From Minisyncoccota bacterium (GTDB taxonomy: Bacteria > Patescibacteriota > Minisyncoccia > Phycocordibacterales > UBA9973): DNA of 64,000 nt. Location of the stretch: the NCBI GenBank assembly GCA_041675085.1, contig JBAYUN010000003.1, forward strand, positions 28,798 to 92,797, given 5' to 3'. Position numbers and translations under genes: made by a program. The notes under the pieces are model-generated. The model ran no database searches. It was not told where the DNA came from and saw only the letters and a program-made list of their open reading frames with translations. Position 1 is the first letter of the stretch, and every line of letters starts with the position of its first letter. This document shows positions 55,377 to 62,365 of the stretch, piece after piece.

Positions 55377-56312
55377 ATGAAGAAAACAGCAGAATTTGTT
55401 AGTCCAATGCATCCAGATAAAATCTGTGATCATATCGCAGATACTATACTCGATGCATATTTAGAAGGAGATAAAAATAGTCGTTGCGCTATAGAGGTTA
55501 TGGGTGGTCATAATCTGATTACTATCAATGGAGAAATCACCTCTAAAACAGAAGTTAACATTGAAGAGATTGTTAAAAATATCGTTGGTGAGAATTATAA
55601 AGTTTTATCAAATATTGCTTTGCAGAGTACGGAGATAGCGGCGGGTGTAGATACTGGCGGTGCGGGTGATCAAGGAATCATGAAAGGTTATGCGACTCGG
55701 GAGACCGATAATTTTATGCCATTAGAATATGAACTTGCGAGAAATCTTTGTCAGAAAATATTTGAGATATATCCTTATGACGGTAAGACTCAGGTCACGA
55801 CAGAAGATGGGCAGGTCAAAGTAGTTGTGGTGAGTTTTCAGAATTCTAAAAATATTGAACTTTTAGAATTAGTAAAAAGTATTATTCCTGCTGAAGAATA
55901 TCTGATCAATCCAGCTGGAGAATGGGTGCAGGGAGGATTTGATTCAGATACTGGTCTTTCAGGAAGAAAATTAATAGTAGATAACTATGGACCAGAAGTT
56001 GCTATTGGTGGTGGGTCTTTCTCAGGCAAGGATTATACTAAGGTAGATAGAAGTGGAGCATATATGGCTCGCAAGGTTGCCGTAGATCTGCTTAAAAAAT
56101 ATAAAGCTAAAGAGGTACATATAAAACTTGCATATGCTATAGGAAAAGCAGAACCAGTAATGGCTGTGGCTAATATTGATGGCATTGAAATAGAAATCAC
56201 AGGATATGATTTAACACCTAAAGGAATATTTGATTATTTAAAATTAAGTAAAATAAAATTTTCTAAAACTTCTAATTGGGGTCATTTTGGAAGAGGTTTT
56301 TCTTGGAATTAA
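55377..56312 (+). CDS. metK: S-adenosylmethionine synthetase, second paralog (311 aa)
   Basis: SPMHPDKICDHIADTILDA, GGAGDQGIMKGYATRET, DTGLSGRKLIVDNYGPEVAIGGGSFSGKDYTKVDRSGAYMAR. About 75-80% identical to the first copy by eye. Confidence 0.85.
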   Translation: MKKTAEFVSPMHPDKICDHIADTILDAYLEGDKNSRCAIEVMGGHNLITINGEITSKTEVNIEEIVKNIVGENYKVLSNIALQSTEIAAGVDTGGAGDQGIMKGYATRETDNFMPLEYELARNLCQKIFEIYPYDGKTQVTTEDGQVKVVVVSFQNSKNIELLELVKSIIPAEEYLINPAGEWVQGGFDSDTGLSGRKLIVDNYGPEVAIGGGSFSGKDYTKVDRSGAYMARKVAVDLLKKYKAKEVHIKLAYAIGKAEPVMAVANIDGIEIEITGYDLTPKGIFDYLKLSKIKFSKTSNWGHFGRGFSWN

Positions 56313-56356
56313 TATATGAAAACATTAAACTTTAAAATGATAGCTTAGATATCTGT

Positions 56357-56827
56357 TTGAGTTATACAAGCCTTAACATTAAATGTTATAATAATTCTAT
56401 GCAAATAAGATGCCGAGGGATAATTTTAGATAAGGAGGGGAAGATGCTTGCCGTTCGACATGGGGCGGATTTTGATTATTATGCTTTGCCTGGAGGGAAA
56501 TTGGATGACGGGGAGAATCCTTTGGTTTGTATCAAGCGGGAAATATTTGAAGAATTTGGAGTAGAAATACAAGTAGAGAATACTAAACTTCTTTATGTTC
56601 ATAATTGGAAGAACAAAGAAGACGGAGTTGAAAATTTGGAATTCATATTTTTGATAAAAGATAATGGAGAATTCATGAATCTAGAAGAAAAAAAGGGAAG
56701 TCATGCTTTTGAAATATTTGAAATCAAATGGATAGATCGGAATACAGAAATAAATCTCTTGCCAAAGCAGGTCCTAATAGATTATAAAAAAGGCTTCTCG
56801 GATGAGGTAGTATTCTTGTCAGTCTAG
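56357..56827 (+). CDS. NUDIX hydrolase
   Basis: Nudix box GGKLDDGENPLVCIKREIFEEFGVEI (Gx5Ex7REuxEExGu). The true start may be MQIRCRG at 56399. Confidence 0.65.
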   Translation: MSYTSLNIKCYNNSMQIRCRGIILDKEGKMLAVRHGADFDYYALPGGKLDDGENPLVCIKREIFEEFGVEIQVENTKLLYVHNWKNKEDGVENLEFIFLIKDNGEFMNLEEKKGSHAFEIFEIKWIDRNTEINLLPKQVLIDYKKGFSDEVVFLSV

Positions 56828-56841
56828 AATTATAAATACAT

Positions 56842-57303
56842 ATGAACTACTGGCTAATTAAAAGTGAAATGGAGTGTTATGGGATTGATGACTTGAAGAA
56901 GGATAAGAAGACTTTTTGGTCTGGGGTGCGGAATTACCAAGCGAGGAATTTTATGATGAAGGGGATGGAGATTGGGGACGGGGTACTCTTTTACCATTCC
57001 AACGGTACGAAAGAAAATCCGGCGGGGGTTTACGGACTAGCAAAAGTGGCGAGTAAGGCGCGTGCGGACGAGACGCAGTTTGATAAAAAGGATGAACATT
57101 ATGATAAGAAAGCTACTAAGGAAAGGCCGATATGGTACTCTGTTGATATGGCATTTGTAAAAAAGTTTGAAGAGCCGGTATCTCTTTCAGAAATTAAAAT
57201 TGATCCAGCATTCGCCGGCATGCCACTCCTCGCCCGAGGGCAACGCCTTTCTGTGATGCCCGTTTCCAAAAAGCATTTTGAGCATATCGTTACTCGAGCT
57301 TGA
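56842..57303 (+). CDS. EVE (PUA-like) domain protein
   Basis: MNYWLIKSEMECYGIDDL...WSGVRNYQARNFMMKGMEIGDGVLFYHSN...GVYGLAKVAS is a near-consensus EVE domain. Confidence 0.8.
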   Translation: MNYWLIKSEMECYGIDDLKKDKKTFWSGVRNYQARNFMMKGMEIGDGVLFYHSNGTKENPAGVYGLAKVASKARADETQFDKKDEHYDKKATKERPIWYSVDMAFVKKFEEPVSLSEIKIDPAFAGMPLLARGQRLSVMPVSKKHFEHIVTRA

Positions 57304-57331
57304 GCAAAAAAAGTAGAATAATATTACAAAA

Positions 57332-57365
57332 AATAAAGACCTTCATTTTTTTTTGAAGGTCTTTT
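57332..57365. terminator. bidirectional terminator
   Basis: AAAGACCTTCA-ttttttttt-TGAAGGTCTTT between convergent genes. Confidence 0.55.
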
Positions 57366-57379
57366 GATGTAAGAAGAAA

Positions 57380-57601
57380 TTATTTCTTCTTCTTGTTTGA
57401 TTTTTTGATTGAGGTGTATTTCACCTCCATGCCTTTTGGGCGTTTGGATTTTTTTACTCCGCAACTTGCGCTGCGGTTTTTAGCTATACCAGAGTTTGAG
57501 TACTTCTTACTCCACTCATAGCTCCCTGGTTGGGGAGTGCTACAGCTTGAGAAAAATAAACAACCAAAACCCAATACGATATAAAGAACAAACTTTTTCA
57601 T
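57380..57601 (-). CDS. small lipoprotein
   Basis: Signal peptide with a lipobox-like FFSSC. 73 aa, basic C-terminus. Confidence 0.35.
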   Translation of the reverse strand: MKKFVLYIVLGFGCLFFSSCSTPQPGSYEWSKKYSNSGIAKNRSASCGVKKSKRPKGMEVKYTSIKKSNKKKK

Positions 57602-57732
57602 GAATAAAGAATTTAGTGTGTGAAGAAATCTGTGTATATTATATCATAGATATATCTAAAAGTCAAGTATACGTGATGGTTCAATACCTTGGAATCACCT
57701 CAAATCATTAAATATATTAGGATTTAGGCCTA

Positions 57733-57806
57733 ATATCGTTAAAATCTGTTAAATATTATTGTTTTTAACGATATTGCTTGACTTTATCAGCAATATTTAA
57801 TATAAT
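57733..57806 (+). promoter_or_regulatory. consensus sigma70 promoter (TTGACT-17-TATAAT) overlapped by two palindromic operator-like sites
   Basis: TTGACT 57778..57783, 17-nt spacer, TATAAT 57801..57806. IR1 is ATATTGCT(57771..57778)/AGCAATAT(57789..57796), spanning the -35 and spacer. IR2 is ATATCGTTAAAA(57733..57744)/TTTTAACGATAT(57763..57774). The ATG lies 8 nt after the -10, so the mRNA is leaderless or nearly so. Confidence 0.55.
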
Positions 57807-57813
57807 CTTATAT

Positions 57814-58695
57814 ATGGCAAATACATTCAAGGCATATAAACAAATACAAGAACTACGGGAAAGGTATTATAAAGCCCTTGTTGGCAAAGAATCTCTTGTA
57901 AAAATGATTTCTGAAGCTGAAATTTCAGAGCAAGTTTATAACTCAAATGCTATTGAGAATAGTACTTTGTCTTTAGATGAAACAGATAAAATCCTACTTC
58001 AAATAGACCTTGATAGATATATATCCGAGAGAGAGATTTTTGAAGCTAAAAACCTAGCTCGAGTCGTAAGTTATATTGAAACTAAATCTAAAGCTAGTGA
58101 ATTAGATTTTGCAATTATTCTATCTTTGCATAAAATGTTAATCTCAAATATTAGAGATGAAATAGCAGGAAGATTTAGAAAAGAAGGTGAATGGGTTCGT
58201 GTGGGCGATCATATAGCTCCAGATCCTTTAGAAGTTGAAAACTTATTGCAAAAAGTTTTAACTGAATATAATGGAAATTCTAAAGAATCCATTGTAAAAA
58301 AAATTGCAAGATTTCACTTGGGTTTTGAATACGTGCATCCTTTTTGTGATGGCAATGGGCGTATCGGTAGAGTGTTAAATAATTACCTTTTGATTCGTGG
58401 AGGTTACGTACCTATAAATATTAAATTTATTGATAGAGCTATGTATTATGATGCTTTCCGTGAATTTCAAAAAAAAGGTACTACAAAAATAATGGAGATA
58501 ATAGTGCTTAAAGCTTTAACTAATAGTTATCATAAAAGATTAGCTTATTTAGAAAATAAATTAATTATTAATTTATCTGATTATGCTAAAAGAAATAAAA
58601 TTTCGCATGCAAATCTAATTAATAAAGCAAAAAGGCAAACTATCGAAGCTTTTATGGAGAGAGGTATTTGGAAAATTGGTGTAGATAAAAATTAA
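57814..58695 (+). CDS. Fic-domain protein (AMPylase family)
   Basis: HPFCDGNGRIGR is the canonical Fic motif HPFx(D/E)GNGRxxR. The start is reassigned to MANTFKAYK downstream of the promoter. Confidence 0.8.
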   Translation: MANTFKAYKQIQELRERYYKALVGKESLVKMISEAEISEQVYNSNAIENSTLSLDETDKILLQIDLDRYISEREIFEAKNLARVVSYIETKSKASELDFAIILSLHKMLISNIRDEIAGRFRKEGEWVRVGDHIAPDPLEVENLLQKVLTEYNGNSKESIVKKIARFHLGFEYVHPFCDGNGRIGRVLNNYLLIRGGYVPINIKFIDRAMYYDAFREFQKKGTTKIMEIIVLKALTNSYHKRLAYLENKLIINLSDYAKRNKISHANLINKAKRQTIEAFMERGIWKIGVDKN

Positions 58696-58950
58696 ATGCA
58701 AAGCTTTAGAGAAAAAGTTTTAGATATTGTGAAAAATATCCCTCGGGGGAAAGTTATGACTTATAAGGAAGTCGCGCTAAAGGCGGGGAGTGGGCGCGCT
58801 TCGCGGGCTGTAGGCTCGATACTAAAAATGAATTATGATAAAAATATACCTTGTCATAGAGTGATCAGAAGTGACGGGCAAACGGGCGAATACAATAGAG
58901 GCAGAGAAAATAAAATCAAATTACTTAAACAAGAAGGTGCTATTTTGTAG
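58696..58950 (+). CDS. MGMT/Ogt-family DNA-binding domain protein (methylated-DNA--protein-cysteine methyltransferase C-terminal domain only)
   Basis: TYKEVALKAGSGRASRAVGSILKMN...IPCHRVIRSDGQTGEY carries the PCHRV active-site motif. Only 84 aa, so no N-terminal domain. The ATG immediately follows the Fic stop. Confidence 0.7.
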   Translation: MQSFREKVLDIVKNIPRGKVMTYKEVALKAGSGRASRAVGSILKMNYDKNIPCHRVIRSDGQTGEYNRGRENKIKLLKQEGAIL

Positions 58951-59136
58951 CAGTTGACAATGAGTTGACAATAAAAACCATTTAGTTGTCGATGAGTTTA
59001 CAAGAGTGTTTTTTTTTGAAATATAAGTTATTTCTGGTATATTAAGAGAATGTCACTATCAATAGGCCCCAGTACTAAAGCATAGTTTAGTGCGGGGTAA
59101 AAATCGTAGGACAATTATTATTTTATATTTACTATT

Positions 59137-60246
59137 ATGAGTTTATCAATTGGAATCGTGGGACTACCTAACGTCGGGAAATCTACTTTATTTAATGCAT
59201 TGACTAAAAAGTCTGTACCGGCGGAGAATTATCCTTTCTGTACTATAGATCCTTCTGTAGGAATCGTACCTGTGCCTGATGCTCGTCTCTGGGCTCTTTC
59301 CGAATTCTCTAAAACTAAAAAGACTGTACCGGCTGTGGTGGAATTCGTAGATATTGCGGGACTCGTCGAAGGTGCGAGTAAGGGTGAAGGTTTGGGTAAT
59401 AAATTCTTAGCGAACATTCGCGAGACAGACGCTATACTGCACATGGTGCGTCTTTTTCCGCTCACTGGAGGCGATAAAGAGATAGCTCACGTTTACGGCA
59501 ATATTGATCCTATGAGGGACATCGGAGTTATTAATCTCGAGTTAGTTTTGGCAGATTTTGAGACAGTAATGAAGAGAATAAATAATTTACAAAAAGACGT
59601 AAAGCGTGGAGATAAAGAAGCTGTATTTGAAGAGACTCTACTGAAGAGAGTTGAGAAAATTCTTGAAGAAGGTAAACTCGCGAACGTCCTCGAATATACT
59701 CCCGAAGAAGCTAAGAAAATCAAACAATTAAACTTGCTAACTATCAAACCAATGATTTACGGTTTGAATAAAAAAGCTGGAGTCAAAAATCTCGACGAGC
59801 AGAATCCTGTATTCTTTCAAGAGATGACTGATGAGATATTGAAAAGTGGATCGAATTTTATTCTGATTGATGCAAAGATAGAAGACGAATTAAAAGATTT
59901 TGAAGGAGAAGAGAAGGATATTTTTAGAAAAGAACTCGGAGGTGAGCATGACGGTATCAACGACCTTATCGTCGGGTGCTACAAGCTCCTAGGTCTCGAG
60001 ACTTATTTCACGACTGGAGTCGAAGAGACTAGAGCTTGGACTATATTGAAAGGTTCGACTGCGCCGGTAGCGGGTATGGCTATTCATACGGATTTCAAAG
60101 ATAAATTCATTAGGGCGGAAGTAGTAGCCTATGACAAGCTTTTAGAAGCGGGGAGTTATGCGAATGCGAGAGAAAAAGGCTATGTACGTACAGAAGGCAA
60201 AGAATACATAGTCAAAGATGGGGATGTTATAGAATTTAAGGTTTAG
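59137..60246 (+). CDS. ychF: redox-regulated ATPase YchF (Obg-like)
   Basis: IVGLPNVGKSTLFNALT (G1), DIAGLV (G3), NKxD-like, plus a C-terminal TGS domain. Confidence 0.9.
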   Translation: MSLSIGIVGLPNVGKSTLFNALTKKSVPAENYPFCTIDPSVGIVPVPDARLWALSEFSKTKKTVPAVVEFVDIAGLVEGASKGEGLGNKFLANIRETDAILHMVRLFPLTGGDKEIAHVYGNIDPMRDIGVINLELVLADFETVMKRINNLQKDVKRGDKEAVFEETLLKRVEKILEEGKLANVLEYTPEEAKKIKQLNLLTIKPMIYGLNKKAGVKNLDEQNPVFFQEMTDEILKSGSNFILIDAKIEDELKDFEGEEKDIFRKELGGEHDGINDLIVGCYKLLGLETYFTTGVEETRAWTILKGSTAPVAGMAIHTDFKDKFIRAEVVAYDKLLEAGSYANAREKGYVRTEGKEYIVKDGDVIEFKV

Positions 60247-60324
60247 ATTTTAAATCTTGCTAAATATTTATATAGTTATAGAATATAAGAGGATATAATT
60301 CTTTAACTTTTTAATTTTATTAAC

Positions 60325-60636
60325 ATGGGACTCAAAGGTTTGAATATTAATTTGTCAGCAGGGCTTCCTGGTATAGACTATTTTGTAAAGATTTTTAATG
60401 AGGAATATCCTCAAACCAAAAATTTTGATAAAATAGTAAATGCTATTTGGTCGAAATTCTCTCCTTTCTCTGTTTTTAGAGATAAATACCCTAGAGTTAG
60501 TACTCTATCATGTGCTATTAGTACAGAGAAAGCCAGGTTATCAAAACTAAAAAAAGAGGAAGAGAGAAAAAAATTAGTTAAAACAGTTAAAAACAAAAAG
60601 TCGTGCGAAGTGGTACAGTTGAGTTTAAAATTTTAG
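60325..60636 (+). CDS. hypothetical protein
   Basis: 103 aa with a Lys-rich C-terminal tail. Confidence 0.25.
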   Translation: MGLKGLNINLSAGLPGIDYFVKIFNEEYPQTKNFDKIVNAIWSKFSPFSVFRDKYPRVSTLSCAISTEKARLSKLKKEEERKKLVKTVKNKKSCEVVQLSLKF

Positions 60637-60647
60637 AAAAAATTTAA

Positions 60648-60685
60648 AAAGTGATGATCAATATCTTATCATCACTTTTTTTATT
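60648..60685. terminator. bidirectional terminator
   Basis: AAGTGATGAT-caatatctt-ATCATCACTT flanked by A/T runs, between convergent genes. Confidence 0.5.
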
Positions 60686-60686
60686 T

Positions 60687-61241
60687 CTATTTTTTTTCTT
60701 TTTTGAGTTTGTTGATTTCTTCTAATAGGACTTCGAGAGTACGTTCTATTTTTTCAAATTTCTTTTTTTCTATTTCTTCTTCTTGATCGTCTTCTGTTGT
60801 ATCTTCTTCCTCTTCGTTTATCTCTTCGACGTCCTTTTGAATCTCGCCAACGTCTTCAGATATTTCGTCGACGTCCTCAGAAATCTCTTCGACGTCTTTC
60901 TGAATCTCGTCGACGTCCTCCGAAATCTCGTCGACGTCTTTTTGAATCTCTTCAACATCTTCAGAGATCTCTTCAACGTCTTTCTGGATTTCTTCAATGT
61001 CTTCAGATACGTCTTCGAGGTCCTGACTGTGTTGGTTGATAGTTATTTGAATAAATATAGCTAAATATATGGCTTCGAGTGAAACGATAGTAGTCAGTAT
61101 TAGTAAAATATCAGAAGATTCTACCCCAAAAAAACTAAGAGAAAACATAACCATAAAGAATATAGTATGTACGACGAGAGAGCTAGTAGAGCCAACCCAA
61201 GAAGTTATTTTAGTTGAAAAATCTTTTTTTTCTTTTCTCAT
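60687..61241 (-). CDS. membrane-anchored acidic coiled-coil protein with perfect heptad tandem repeats
   Basis: Two N-terminal TM helices, then about 10 consecutive heptads of the form (E/K)DV(E/D)EI(S/Q) encoded by a 21-nt tandem DNA repeat (60780..61022). Acidic tail. Confidence 0.4.
   Translation of the reverse strand: MRKEKKDFSTKITSWVGSTSSLVVHTIFFMVMFSLSFFGVESSDILLILTTIVSLEAIYLAIFIQITINQHSQDLEDVSEDIEEIQKDVEEISEDVEEIQKDVDEISEDVDEIQKDVEEISEDVDEISEDVGEIQKDVEEINEEEEDTTEDDQEEEIEKKKFEKIERTLEVLLEEINKLKKEKK
60780..61022. repeat. 21-nt tandem repeat array (about 10 units) inside a CDS
   Basis: tcttcgacgtctttctgaatc / tcgtcgacgtcctccgaaatc units. It generates spurious plus-strand ORFs at 60783..61064 and 60797..61039. 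Confidence 0.6.
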
Positions 61242-61253
61242 TTTGTAGTTGTT

Positions 61254-62336
61254 TTGATAAAAATCTTAAATATTAAATTAGTCTTATTATATGGTATAAT
61301 ACTTTGTATGGAAACACAAACAAATCATGGGTCAAAACTTAATATAGGATTCTTCTTTTTATCATTAGGTGTACTGATTTCTCTTATAACAAGTGTCGTA
61401 TCTTTTTTAAATCTGGCTTTTTCGACTCTCGACAAGCGTTTCCCAGACGTCCTGAACGCTACTTATGGATACGGGTACAATACGTATGATTATGAAAGTA
61501 TTCGTACATCACTCGCGACTCTGATTATCTTCTTCCCAGTATTTTTATTGATTTCATATTTTTGGAATAAATTTGCCAAACATAAAATGCATCATGTTGA
61601 TGAATTGGTAAAGAAATGGATGATATATATTATCCTATTCTTGTCTTCTCTGGTAGTGGTGATAGACTTGGTGACTTTGGTGCGATATTTTGTATCAGGT
61701 GAGATAACCAATCGTTTTATTTATAAAGTATTGATCACTTTAGTTATCGCTTTGTTTGTGGGTGTGTACTATGTATTTGAATTAACAAATAGAAAAAAAG
61801 TTTATGGCTTACCTGTAGGAATATCTTCAGCTGTAAAGTCTTCTGTACTTGTCTTACTACTAGTTATCTTTAGTTTTTATATTATGGGTAGTCCCGCATC
61901 TCAAAGACAATTGAGATTAGACGAAAGAAGAATATCTGATCTACAAAGTATTCAAAGTGCAGTGATTAATTATTGGCAACAAAAAGAGAAATTGCCAATA
62001 ACTCTCACTGAATTATCAAATCCTCTGTCTGGTTTTACTTTACCGCCTGATCCAGAATTCCAAAAAGGATTTGTGTATGAGTACAAGGTAAAAGAAGGTT
62101 TGACTTTTGAGTTATGTGCGACTTTTGCAAAACCGATACCAAAAGGTTGGAGAGAAAATACTAATTATTACGCAGAGCCCTATCTAGGGGAAAAATATAT
62201 AGCAGTATCATATCCTGGTTATCCTGTATCAGGGACTAATGAATCTTGGGATCACGAAGCTGGACGTACTTGTTTTGAGAGGACTATAGATAAAGATATC
62301 TATCCTCCTTATCCAAAAGCAGATATTGTTAGATAA
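61254..62336 (+). CDS. hypothetical polytopic membrane protein with C-terminal soluble domain
   Basis: Four or five TM helices then a ~120-aa C-terminal domain (..GYPVSGTNESWDHEAGRTCFER..). The likely start is METQTNHG at 61302. Confidence 0.35.
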   Translation: MIKILNIKLVLLYGIILCMETQTNHGSKLNIGFFFLSLGVLISLITSVVSFLNLAFSTLDKRFPDVLNATYGYGYNTYDYESIRTSLATLIIFFPVFLLISYFWNKFAKHKMHHVDELVKKWMIYIILFLSSLVVVIDLVTLVRYFVSGEITNRFIYKVLITLVIALFVGVYYVFELTNRKKVYGLPVGISSAVKSSVLVLLLVIFSFYIMGSPASQRQLRLDERRISDLQSIQSAVINYWQQKEKLPITLTELSNPLSGFTLPPDPEFQKGFVYEYKVKEGLTFELCATFAKPIPKGWRENTNYYAEPYLGEKYIAVSYPGYPVSGTNESWDHEAGRTCFERTIDKDIYPPYPKADIVR

Positions 62337-62365
62337 TTATTTAATATATTTTAAATTGTAAAATA

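Noticed and set aside
60783-61064. Two plus-strand ORFs (93 and 80 aa) full of RRLxxS repeats
   Set aside because: They are generated by the 21-nt tandem repeat in the minus-strand heptad-repeat gene. An arginine-rich translation of a repeat is not evidence for a gene.
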